Shown one piece after another: positions 24,306 to 36,400 of a DNA stretch of 64,000 nucleotides. Position 1 is the first letter of the stretch, and every line of letters starts with the position of its first letter. The stretch lies in the NCBI GenBank assembly GCA_000388065.2, contig KB932208.1. The stretch is one strand, 5' to 3'. The position numbers and the translations under genes were made by a program. A model generated the notes under the pieces. The model was not told where the DNA came from and made no database searches. It saw nothing but the letters and a program-made list of their open reading frames with translations. The stretch comes from Fonticula alba ATCC 38817. Its lineage: Eukaryota > Protista > Nucleariida.

Positions 24306-27255
24306 TCACTTCTTCGCCACGGCGGCCATCTCCCTGGCCCGTTCCGCCACCAGCAGCAGTTCAGGCAGCGAGGCGGTGAGCCACTCGTGGGCTTGGTCGG
24401 CCGTCGCATTGGGATGCTCCAACTGCCAGCCCATGAGCAGGTTAAGCAGGTGGCCGATGAGGGGCCCCATTCGGATGCCGGGGATCGAGGCAATCTGGTG
24501 GCCATTGAGCAGCGGCCGGAAGAGGTGCGCCTCCTCGAGGCCGAGCTGGGAAATGTGGCTGAAGGCACGCTGGGCAAGGGCACGAGCGGTGGCGAGCCAG
24601 GCATCATGGTCTGCCTGGCCGCCGGGGAGCCCGGCCGCCGGGAAGGTGGCCAGGAGGATGGTCAGCTGCAGGGACACATGCCACAGGGGGCCGGCCGCGC
24701 GGATGCGCTCGCCGAGCTCATGTCGAACGAGATCCCCACCAGCGGTCGAGGGGAGATCGTGGCAGGCCACCGACGGCGCGGCATCGGGTGAGGTGTCGGG
24801 GCCGACAAAGCGCGCCAGGTAAGGCTCCCAGAGGGGAATCGACCGGATGACCACACACACGGAGTTGGCGTCGCGGTGGGGAAGCTTCAGCAGATCACGG
24901 ATGACGCGATTGGTGCGGGAGATGCTGGCCGGCAGGACCGGGGCAATGCCAAACTTGGAGGTGGCCGGAGCGGGCGGCGACATACTCGCGGCGGCGGCGG
25001 CGGCGGCGGCAGCAGTGGCCTCCGTCGCCGGGGTAGCTGCCGAGCCGGTCGTTGGCACAATCGGCAGCGGGGGAAGGTTGCGGATGGGCAACAGCATCGC
25101 AGCCAGGTAGCCAATGTAGAGACAGCGCTGGGGCGCATCTTCCGGCAGATTGGGAATCAGATCCGCCAGGGAGTCCTGGTCTTTGGGAAGAGAGGGGTTC
25201 GCGGCGGCGGCGGCGGCGGCGCGCTTCGGCTCGTTGGAAGCCCCCTTGGCTTTCTTGGGTTTGGACTCGGCCGGGGGAGGGACCCTTGACACGAACCCGG
25301 GTTGGTGCTGGGGAACCAGGTTGGCGGCCGAAATGCTGCCGGGATTTCATGTCCATGTGGCGCGGCGCGCTGGTCAGCATCGCGATCGCACGGTGTCGGG
25401 TGTGCCCGGGGCAAGGGAGACCGGGGGGGGGGGGGGGGGGGAGCGAAAGGCACAAAGAGCAAAGGCGGAGCGCGGGAACAAGTGTGAAGGTCCCGCCCCT
25501 CCGGGTGCTGGGGGACACGACACAGGTGCAGGCGCACTTTTTGAATGCCAAGATCAGGTCACTGGGAGTCATGTTTTCCGGCAGACCATCCAGAGGCCGG
25601 GCGAAGGTATCCTGGTACAGCCGATCAAAGGGGAGCCCGGGATTGGCGGCCAACTCACCCGCGAGGACGGCAATCACCCGCAGGAGCCCGGTTTTGTCCA
25701 GATACTGGGCAGCCAGCTCCGGGTGGGGGTCTTCATGGGCAGCGATGGCACGGGCGTCAGTGGCCGGCATAGGGCGGTGGTGGCATGTGCAGGGGCATTT
25801 TCCTTCCCGCCCAGGATCCAGGCCCACACTGGCCTTGCATGGACGCGGGATTTTTCTCCCCCCCCCCCTGTCGTGCGGTGGTACGAGGAGGGAAGAAAAA
25901 GACGCACCGCACAGCATCTTATGCACCTCGATGCCGATGCGCTCCTTGCTGATCTTCTGGCTGAGAGCCGCATGGCAGGAGGGATCCGCCAGGAAGGATG
26001 CTGTCTCGGGCTCGATGGTGAAAGACAGGCGACTGGCAAAGCGAATGGTCCGGAGCATGCGCAACGGGTCATCGGTAAAGGTGACCAGCGGGTCGAGCGG
26101 CGTGCGAATCAGCTTCGCCTCCAAGTCAAAGAGGCCCCTGCCGGTGAAATCCTCGATGGTCTTGTCACGAAGATTGAAGAAAAGCGAGTTGATGGTGATA
26201 TCCCGCCGGGAGGCATCCTCAAAAGGAGTACCAATGGTCTGGAAACATGAGGGGGGGGGGGCGGGGAAGGGATCGACGAGGGAAAGGACACGGCCTCCGA
26301 GGGTCAGCCCCAGGAAGATGAAGTGTCGCCCAAGATGGCATCAAGTACGTACGATGGTCGGGATGCGGCTATTCTCGGCGTAGAGCTCAGACCGAAGATT
26401 GACGAAGTCCACCCAATTCCCGAAAATGCGCACCGTGGCCGTTTCCAAGTGCTTTGATTGCTCGGGATTCCTGCGAGAGGGTGTGTGTGTGTGTGTGAGA
26501 GAGAGAGGGAGAGAGGCAAGAGCCCGGGGCGAAGCCCACGCGAGGTGGCGGGTCAGTGTTTGAGGATGATCCTGCAAGGGGGGGGGGGGGTGCCATCAGG
26601 CAATCTGGCAGGCCGGAGGAAGGGAGAGAGGGACAGAGAGGCAGGGAGAGAAATGTACGCACATTTTGATGACCGCCGTGCTGGAGATGTCCAGTTCGTT
26701 GGCCTGGCAGTAGGCGGTGACGATCTTGGCAAAGTCCTCGCCGGACATGTTGTTGATGACCACGTCAATGTCATTGGATTGGATGCCAAGTAGTTTGTCG
26801 CGAACCCAGCCGCCAGCAAACCGCAGGATTGTCCCATCGGGGTCCCGGTTGAAGGTGGACTGGCGGGCATGCTCCAGGAGAGTCACCAGCCTGGCCTCCC
26901 GAGGGGCCAAGGTAAATTCCGCCGGCACCGTGATCAGGCTGTTGGCTGACATGTAGTAGGCCGAGGACAAGGGTGAGGGAGCCTTGCCGGGGATGCGCAC
27001 GGGTCTGGCAAGCGGCGAAGTCTGGCACAGAGGGCCGGTGGGGAAGGCGGCAGCGGTGTCGACTGGAGGGACACCCGGGGGGATGGTGCTCAGGGACCGG
27101 GTGGGGGCCAGCAGACGCGGGGAGGGCCGGGCGGTGGCGGCAGCAGCAGCAGCAGCAGCAGCAGCAGCGGCGGTGGCGGCGGTGGCGGCAGCGAGGCGAG
27201 GCTCCTTAATCAGGATCAATAGAGCAGCAGGGCGACTCCTAAGCAGTACGTTCAT
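24306..27255 (-). CDS. CCA1: tRNA nucleotidyltransferase (CCA-adding enzyme, class II, fungal/plant type), multi-exon
   Basis: LRFAGGWVRDKLLGIQSNDIDVV (motif A DxD); NPEQSKHLETAT; VDFVNLRSELYAENSRIP; GTPFEDASRRDITINSLFFN (EDxxRRD); DDPLRMLRTIRFASRL; ALSQKISKERIGIEVHKML. Confidence 0.93.
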
Positions 27256-27465
27256 ATGCTCCCGGGGCGCGTGGATGGAGGACGGAAATCAGATCGACAG
27301 GCGATGGTCGGGGCACCGGCCTTAAAGCGCGCGGGTGTGCGTATGTGCCGCAGGAAGGAAGAGGGGGAGCAGGAGGAGGAGGAGGAGAAAAGGAGCAGGA
27401 GCGGGTGGATGGGCCGAGGTGGAGCAGCAACAGCGGCGGCGGCGGCGGCGGCGGCGGGAGGGGGG

Positions 27466-27511
<46 letters not shown>

Positions 27512-28478
27512 NNNNNNNNNNNNNNNNNNNNNNNNNNNNNNNNNNNNNNNNNNNNNNNNNNNNNNNNNNNNNNNNNNNNNNNNNNNNNNNNNNNNNNNNN
27601 NNNNNNNNNNNNNNNNNNNNNNNNNNNNNNNNNNNNNNNNNNNNNNNNNNNNNNNNNNNNNNNNNNNNNNNNNNNNNNNNNNNNNNNNNNNNNNNNNNNN
27701 NNNNNNNNNNNNNNNNNNNNNNNNNNNNNNNNNNNNNNNNNNNNNNNNNNNNNNNNNNNNNNNNNNNNNCCCCCCCCCTCCTCAGCGCCCAGCCCCTCGA
27801 CCCCCGTCTCTTGCCTTTTCTTTCCTGGAGATCGACTTCCCGGCGGCGCAAGGGCAACCGCGGGACGGACGGTGCGGCAACTGCCCACGGATTTCCCGGG
27901 CACCTGCGCCGGCCCGGAGCAGGGTGGTGCACGAACGCCAGCACGGGCGGCGGAGATCGTGGCCTGCTGGCCGGATCCGCGCCTGCCTCGGTCTCGGCGA
28001 AAGCATGGTTTGTCGCTCTTGCTGCCCCCCTCCCCCCCCCCCTCGCCTCGCCTTTTATGCCAGGATTGGGCGACCTGGCTCATGACGCCTGATGTGCGCC
28101 GGTGGTGTTTCGCAGGTGTGTCAGCCTCTCTCGTCCCCGTGGTGAGGCCCTCTCAGCATGCGAAGTCCAGAGGGCGAGAGTATGGCCACGGTCTTGATGG
28201 ATGGATGGATGGCATAGTCGGGTTGTATTTGGGACACCCCGGCACAAGGACAACAGAGCATATGGACGCCTTTTGTTCCTCTCGGTCTTGGGCTTGCCCC
28301 CTGGTATTCGGGATCGGTGGCGAATGGGTGTGTGCGTGTAGATGCATGCATGTATGCATGTGGGTGTGGGTGTATGTCCAGACATACATGCACACGGGGG
28401 TGCCAACATGGGGAGGGGAGAAGGCCATCGGGAGGAAGGGGACACATGCCCATATGGATTTTGTGGCACATGGCCGCG

Positions 28479-29081
28479 TCACTGATCGGACAGGCGCTTG
28501 CTCGCCACCGGGACATTGCCGGTCTTGGTGGAGGGACACTTGCAGCCGCACTCGTTGAGCACCTCGAAGGAGGCAATGTGATTGCGCAGGTGGCCGATCT
28601 CATCCAGCAGCGCGGTCAGGCGCGGGGCGGCAGCGGCAGCGTCCTGGCAGGCGGTGGCGGTGGCCGGGTCCGCGACAACCGCCAGCGGCAGCGAGGACTC
28701 GAATACCCGGACCAGGATGCGCGGATACAGCCAGTTTGGCACGGCCAGCAGCAGGGCCAGCAGGTGAGGCGCCGAAATGAGCGACTGCGCCGCGGCAAGC
28801 CGACAGGGCGTGAGGGTGGCCACGTCAAGAGGAGGGCTCATGTCGGGGGAAGCACCGGCCCCCCCGCCATTGGACCCCGGGGGGAAGAGCACATCCAGCG
28901 AGTGGGCCTGCACCAGGCTGGCCACCATCGGATAAAGTGGATGCGCCATGGCATCCAGCTCCAGGGGGGTGGGCTCGGTGGCCAGGGCGGCCGGCGGCAG
29001 CCGGACCGGGGCCATGCGTGGCAGGACCGCCAGCACGCTGGCCGTCACAAGTTCCAAGGCTCGACGCAGGGCCAGAACCTC

Positions 29082-29113
<32 letters not shown>

Positions 29114-30279
29114 CAGCCCCAGCCTGGGTGGCGGTAGCAGCCACGACGGCCGCGGCCGCAGCGGTGCCCGGGGCCGACAGATTGCAGGGCGACAGGACCG
29201 GCGAGTGTTCCGGCAGCGGGGTCCCCGACGAAGCGCCAGCCTCCTCGAGGGCCTGCTGTTCCAGTTGAAAACGCACATCGCGCAGGGTGGCCGCGATGGC
29301 CGGCCAGGATTCCGACAGCTTGAGCCCCAGCCGGTCGAGGGTTTCCACCGAGCCGGACTTCAAGGATGAGCGACTCAGCAGGAAGTACCCTCGCGAGCGG
29401 CCAGTGACCGAGTCACACGGCCGGAGGGACTCCCACAGCAGGTCGACCGGGACCCAGTAGGAGGGATACTTGAACCGGGCGACGTCCAGCACAAGGGCCT
29501 TGTTTTCGATCGGATCATACGCGCCGATGGGGCTGAAGTGCCCATCGCCGGTTTGCTGCAGAGTGGCGCGCGAGTAGGAAATGACACAAACCGTGTCCTC
29601 GGAGGAGCACGCGCGCTTGATGGCGCTGAGGAACTCTTCGTAGGAGCTTCGGTGTCCGGGGGCGGGGGCGGGGGCGGGGGCGACACGATCATCAGCAAGA
29701 AGCGCGAGAGGGTGGGGGCCCGGTAGCAGGAGGAGGAAGCCAGCCGGGGGAACATCCACGCATGAGGAGGGGGCTTTCATTCTCGGCAGGGGGGGGGGGG
29801 GGGGATGGCCGAGGATGGCCATGGCGGCATGTGCTTTTGGCGAGCTAGGGGGGCGTACCTTTGCTCGGCAAGGTGTGACTCGGCATGGAGGCCATTGCAC
29901 TGGGCAAGGCAGGCAAACTCGCTGAATGTGATGCCACTCTCAAGTATCCGCGACCGGGGAGCACAGCAGTCGAGCATCTCCTCGGAAAACCACCGCCAAT
30001 TGCCCTTCCACTTGCGCCCGGGATCGATGCCAAAGGTGTTCAGTACCATGGCCAAGCAGGCGGGGCCGCAAACTGCCGGCACCAGTGCACACCCCGGGCC
30101 GTGGCAATCGCGAGAGGAGGTGAGTCAGCTGGGAGATGGCATCCGGAGAGCATAGACCGGGGCGGGGCGGAAAAAAAAAGAAAAAAGAAAAGAGGCCACC
30201 CCCGGCAGGACACAGGAACCTCCCCCCCCCNNNNNNNNNNNNNNNNNNNNNNNNNNNNNNNNNNNNNNNNNNNNNNNNN

Positions 30280-30313
<34 letters not shown>

Positions 30314-30497
30314 CGCTCCGTGTGGTTTGACCGGGTGCACTCCGGACACCGGCTTCTCGGGGAAGTGCTCATATATGGCGTGGGCGGAGAGAATGACCCC
30401 CATGCGGTCCCTAGCACCGGGGGCAGACTCAACCAAGCCAAGTCGAACCCCCTAGTCCCCCCCGCACCTCTGTCCCGCCACGACCGCCACCCCACCG

Positions 30498-30557
<60 letters not shown>

Positions 30558-31387
30558 TCCTCCCCCCCCCCCCCCCCCCCCCCCCTCGCCCCTGGCCAAT
30601 GGAACATACAGGCGGGCTCGGCTTGGGTGAGGAAATTGCTGGCCAGGCCGAAATACCCCTCAAGATACTTGGTTTCCATGGCATTGCGGAAGTGGCGTTT
30701 CCCCTCGTCCGATTGGAAGGACACCAGGATCTCCGGGAGCGGCCGGCGGTAGAAGGTGGTGGCCTCGGCGGCGCTGGAGTCCACGCTGGAGGGAAGGGGA
30801 GCTGCCCCGGCGGCCGGCTGCAGTGGATCCACCAGACCAGCCGAGGCGGCGGCTTCGGTTGCCGCGGCCAGGTCAAGCGACCCGGCAGACGAGGTGATGC
30901 TCTGCCCGAGCGGCAGACGCGGGGCAAACAGCTCCTCGGCCGAGGCTGGCGGAGAGGCCATCATGGTTGGGGGGAGGTCGTCGCTACAGGCACAGGTGCC
31001 GGCGTGGCAGGGTGCGCTTGCGTCCGAAGAGGGGGTCAGGAGGGGGTATATCCGGGCGCTGGATTCGGCCAGGGTCCGGAGAATGCGCAGCGAGTGCTCG
31101 CGATCGCGGAGATCAACAGTCGAGCGAGGAAGAACACCAGCCGTGGCGATGGTGGGAGCCGTGGTGTGTGGGGATGTCGGTCGGCGAGGAATGCAGCGGC
31201 CGGAGGAGCAAGCGGCCGGCGCGGGGCGACGGCGGGCGGGCGACGGAGAGGGTGCGGGCGAGCGCTCAGCGAGGGTGCTCAACAGGGCCGCCGCGAGAGG
31301 AGGCCGGAAGGCAGCCGGAGGAGGGAGAATGCGTTGGGCAAGGAGTCCGAGAGAGGGGATTCCACGCGTGCCCTTCAGGGAGAACAT
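28479..31387 (-). CDS. PCS1: Phytochelatin synthase (glutathione gamma-glutamylcysteinyltransferase), 3 exons, long N-terminal extension
   Basis: FYRRPLP...EGKRHFRNAM...YFGLASNFLTQAEPA|FCGPACLAMVLNTFGIDPGRKWKGNWRWFSEEMLDCC...GITFSEFACLAQCNG; TGDGHFSPIGAYD; LVLDVARFKYPSYWV; TGRSRGYFL. Catalytic Cys-His-Asp all present. Exons 30610-31387, 29859-30071 (approx.) and 28479-29646. Confidence 0.95.
30498..30585 (+). repeat. Nearly pure C tract (about 88 nt) in PCS intron 1
   Basis: C run with three T interruptions. Confidence 0.9.
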
Positions 31388-31769
31388 CGCCCTACGTGCG
31401 GGGGTGGGCGAGGTACGGGGCGGGAGATGCAGGTGTGTGTGTGTGTGTGTGCGGGGTGCGGGTGAGGGATCTGCGAGGATGGCAACACCCGGGGGTGGGG
31501 GCTGAAAAGGGGGGGCGGGGGGGGGGGGGGGGGGGGAAGAAGACACACACGTTTGGGAGTCCCTCCGCCGGGAAGGAGAATGGCCGAGGGGATGGAGGAG
31601 GCGCTGTGGACGGGGCGCGGGGCGCGGGGCGCGGGGGGTGCTCCACGGATGGCGGCCTAACCGGTGGAGGGGAGGTGCTCCGGTGAGCTCCAAGGATCGG
31701 CGATCTGGACAAAAAGGCCAGCCACCGGCGGACGGTACGCTCCTCTGCGGCGTGGGAGAGGCGGCGGCA

Positions 31770-31832
<63 letters not shown>
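31770..31832 (+). repeat. G homopolymer of about 63 nt, about 380 bp upstream of the PCS start
   Basis: Uninterrupted G run. Confidence 0.95.
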
Positions 31833-31833
<1 letters not shown>

Positions 31834-33424
31834 AGATGTACGGCTGGAGGTTGCCCCGCTTTCACCGGGGACCGACGGCCGGGCGTCAGGGCGAGGGGTA
31901 AGTCCCTGTGTGTAATGCGCGCGCAGGCGGAATATCGCCGTTTGTGTGGCGCCCGGAGAAATGTGACTAGGCACTCGCGGGTTCAAGGGCGGGCCGGACG
32001 CACGGGCGTGAGGAAGTTGAGCGCGCAACTGTCATGCACCGAGGCGTGGCAGTTCGGCCGCAGGACGGGCTGGCGTTCTGTGTGCACAGGGGGGGGGGGG
32101 AAGGGAAGGGGGGCAAGGGTGGGGGGTTCGTGGCGAGGCCTTGGTCATCTTTGACCAGCATGGGGCTGCCGCGCCACATGCTCTTAGGGCCCTGGGACCC
32201 GGCCAGCGTTCCCAGGGAATAGCCGGTCCCTGTCCCCGCCCCAGGCCCCCCCGGGGCGCTAGCACCCCCCCCCCCCCCCCCCCACAGAGACTCGTTAGTG
32301 ACCCCGTATCCCCGAGGCGGGGGGAGGTCCCCGTCCATGCACGCCGGGCCGTGCTCCCGATCTCGGGGCCCCACGGGTGCCCCAACACCTGGGCGGCGAC
32401 CCGGGATCCCCCGTTCCCGGATCCCCCCTCCGCCGGTTCGAGGCGCCGATCTGCCCGATCTGCCCGGCCCGGCCCCCCCCCCCCCTCCCTCGGTCCGCCC
32501 GATCTTGGGGCAATGTGGCCGGGCCCAGTCGTCATCATCATCATCACGCCGTCGTGTGTTTTGACACGCACGCCGCTTGCACAGGCTGGCCCTCCGGCTT
32601 GAAGCCGGTCCGAAGCCGGTCTGAAGGCATTTTCTCGCTGCCCTTTGGCGCGCACATTGTCACGTCAGAGTGTTTCCCCGGTTATGGCACCCAGCCAGCG
32701 CGGCTCGGCTCCCTTGATTTGGCGCGCATTTGCCCTCCATGAACGACGAGACCGTCCCTCTCGGCGGGAGGATGGCGACCCCCATGTCTTCGTGGGGCGC
32801 AATTGCCGGCAAATCTCGGAATTATCCCCCCACTCTCGCCCTCGCCCCCCGGGCTTTTCTCTTTCTCACTCCACATCGGCGACATCCTCATCCTCTCTGG
32901 TCGTGCCTCCGCGTCCTCTCAGAGTGGTGTGCCCTTTCGCCTTCTCCTGATCGTGGCCGGCTGCCATTGCTCCCCCCCCCTATTATTACTACCACCCCTG
33001 TTTTCAGCGCCTTTGTCTGGGCTGTTCACATCTAGCCCCGTTGACCCGACCACTCGGAGCGGCGCCGTGGCTTTCCCCAAGCGCCGGGGCGCACCCAGTG
33101 GATTGTGATTTGTTTTTATATGACTACAGGGGGATTTTTTTTGGGATGCAGCACATTCACAGCACACGGAGATGGGTGGTGCACGGTTGATGCAGACAGG
33201 AGAGGCAAGCAAAGAGGCGAGAGCGGGCAAGAGAGAGAGAAGACGATAAAGCGGCAAATCTACAAAGAAAGCGAGAGAGTGGCAAGGAGAAGGCCCCGAA
33301 CTGCATGCACTGACTCACATGCTCACACTTACTCTCTCTCTCTCTCTCTCTCTGTCTCCCTGTGTCTCTCATTCTCCTCCCCTCACACACACACAGACGC
33401 ACGCGCACAAACGGATGCTTCGCT

Positions 33425-36400
33425 CTACATGCCTGACTCGCCCGCTGCCGAGGCGGTGGCGGCGGTGGCAGCGGCGGCTGGCGGCACGGTGGCAGTTGTC
33501 CGCTTAAAGAACTTGGTCTGCTTGCAGTGGCCGATGTCCCGATCCCGGCAGGTGGTGTTTTGAAGGAGCTCGCAAAGGTCCGACTGATCCGGATCATGGC
33601 GGAAGTTCTCATCACGGTGAGTGAGCTTCCGGTGGATGTACTCCGGCAATTCGTGCGACGTGTAAGACTGGATGTGGAGTGCAGCCGTTGTCGTGGTGGG
33701 CACCGTGGTCGGGGCCCCCGGCCGCGAGGGGGTGCCGATGCGACTGTCCCCGGCACCTGTCGTCGCAAGGTGCGCCTCGGCCACGGCGGGAACCGACGCC
33801 ACGTCCAACTCCGCATGCTCCTGGAGGATGGAGCGCTGGTGAATCTGCTGCAAAGTGGTGACATCCCAATTGAGCGGCTGATCGGCCGGGATGTACAGCG
33901 ACGCGGTGGTCAGATCACGCTTGACCGATTGCCGGCCGCTGCCAATGATCGAGGAGGGAGTCGCAAGGGCCTGCGGCCGGCGTTCAACGGCGGTGGCAAT
34001 CACACGCGACACCGGGGCATGGTGCTGCTGCAGCGAGGCGGCGGGCGGCTGCCACGAGCCGGCACCTGTGGCCGGCTGCTGGTGCTGCTGATGTGGTGGC
34101 GAGGGGGACGCCGAAGAGCAAGTGTCGAGAGACCCATCGGACCCCACGGTACAGGTGGAGGAGATCGAGGGGGCATGGGTTGGGGCGAGAGCCTGGGTTG
34201 GAACCATTTGCGGGAAGGGGTACTCCGAGGGGGGAGGCCCTGCCGAGGGGTAGCCATGTGGCGGCTGCGATGGCGCCTGCTGTGACGGCACTGCATGATA
34301 CTGAGATGCATCCGGGGCATGGGGCATCGGGTGCGGTTCCCCCGGGTGAAACTCGGGCGCAGGTGGGTGATGGTATTCCCCGGTCGAGGAGGGATGGTAC
34401 TCATTCGACGGGAGCAGGTGCACTGGCCCCTGAGCCGGGGGAGGGCCGGTCACCGGTGACGAGCCATCAGAGTAACTGTGAGCCGGGGAGGAGACATCGG
34501 CCGGGGGGGGCGCGTGCGCCACCAGTGTCCCGGGAGCGGGGCCGGCAATCAACGGACACGACTCGTCCGAGGTGCAACTTGAGACCACCTCGTCGGGGAT
34601 TTGCGGCGTCTCGGTGGTCGCCGGTTGGAGAAGATGCGGCGGGAGGTAGGGGGCCGCGCTGGGAACCACCGCATGCCGGCTAAGACGCGAGGACTCGGTC
34701 ATGGCAATGGCTGCCTGCGATGGGCCGCACTCGATCTTGACCGACCTAGGGGCCGGAGCAGGAGGCCGATGGGGTCAGTATCGTCGAGAGATCGGGGAAG
34801 AAGCTGAAGGGGAGAGGGGAAGCATGTATTCCGAGGTGGAGGGGGATGAGGGAGAGAGAGAGAGAGAGCGAGAGGGAGCGAGAACGCACTGCTGGAAGCC
34901 GAAGGCTCCATCACCGAGTTCCTGAACGCACTGGAGCCCAGGATCGTCGGCGGAGGAGCCCCCATGCGAGGATGACGAGGGCGGGGCCGAAGACCCGGTG
35001 TCGTAATACTCGGAGCTGCTGGTTTGGTGGACCGATGCCAGATCGAAGGATACGGCAGAGGGAGCCAGAGGGCCCGTGTGATTGGCCCGAGTGGCGATGG
35101 TGAGCTCGTCGAACGAGGGTGAGGTCGCCGGGATGAGGCCGTGCTGGAAAGCGACAGAGAGAGAGCAAGAAGCGAGAAGCGAGGGCGAGAGCGAGAGCGA
35201 GAGGGGCGAAGAAGGGGAGAGACGAGAAAGAAGAGGAAAGGAGAGAGAGGACCCGGGGGAAGGACAAGTACACACACACACACACACACATGTATGGGAG
35301 CAGACACGCATGGGTCAGAAAGACATGATGAGGGGCAGGCAGGGCACAGGCAGACGAGGAGAAGCGCGCGCGCGCGCACCTGGTTGAAGGGAATGGAGAA
35401 GGGGGTTCCCAGGAAGTGGGAATTGCTCGGCGCATGCGAGTATCCCCCGGCCAGGCCACTGGGGCCCGAGGGCTGGGCATGATGCGAGTGACTGCCGGAA
35501 TGCGAAGGCACTGACAGGGGCGGAGGCTGGGATTGCTGGTGGTGATGTTGCTGCGGAGACGGCAGCGGCAGCTGAGAGTGGGGAGCAGAATAGACTGTCG
35601 GGGCCAGGGGCTCCGAGTAGCCGCCCGCAGGTGGAACCGGCTCGGGGTACCGGTTGTCAACAATGTCCCCGGCCGGAGGCAGGTGGGCGATCTGGCCATT
35701 GCCCGAGGGGGGAAGGTAGTGCGTGGCCGGGGCCAAACCGGAGCCCGGGTGGGGGAATCGCGAGGACTCCTCGACAGCCGGGGGGCTGAGGCTCAGTTCG
35801 TGAGTGTGAGCCAGGACCTCCGGCGAGGGAGCATTCTTGGGCGAGCTGCCAGAGGCCGGGGAGAAGCTGCGACCATCGTCGGCCGAGGTTTGGCCCGAGG
35901 TGTCGGAATTCAACAGATCGGCGATCGTATGGCTGTCATTGATGCGTGTCGAAAGCAGACCCTCCACCTGCGGGAGATGCAGAGCCTTCAGGAGCGTTTG
36001 CCTGAGTGAGGGTGGAGGAAGAAGGGGAGAGACAGACAGGGGGAGGGGGAAAAAAAGAAGGAAGAGCGGGCGAAGGGAAGGTGTGGATGTGTGTGTGTGT
36101 GTGTGTGTATGTGGGCGAGGAGCAGAGAGGGAGGATGTCAATGCTGAGGCGGGAGCGGAGGCTGGCATCAAGTGGCAAGAGCGGGTGACATACGTGTCGG
36201 CCATCGGGATGGCCGGCGGGAGGAGCTGCTCTGCCTGGATGACCAGTTGCAAGCTCTGTGCCTGGCGTTTGTAGGCCTCGATGACCGCCTGCTGAGACCG
36301 GGCATGGGTCAGCAGGATGTGGAGGGCATCACGAAGGGCAGCATTATCGGCGCGCGCGTTGGCCATGGCCGACAGCAGATCGCCCATGGACCGGGCTCCC

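Noticed and set aside
27457-27780. G run, gap, C run arrangement suggesting a large hairpin or foldback element
   Set aside because: The interior is unsequenced, and homopolymers border most gaps because they stall sequencing, so it cannot be evaluated.
32430-32450. GGTTCGA T-loop-like motif (tRNA)
   Set aside because: No T-stem complementarity or cloverleaf; no tRNA is supported anywhere in the window.
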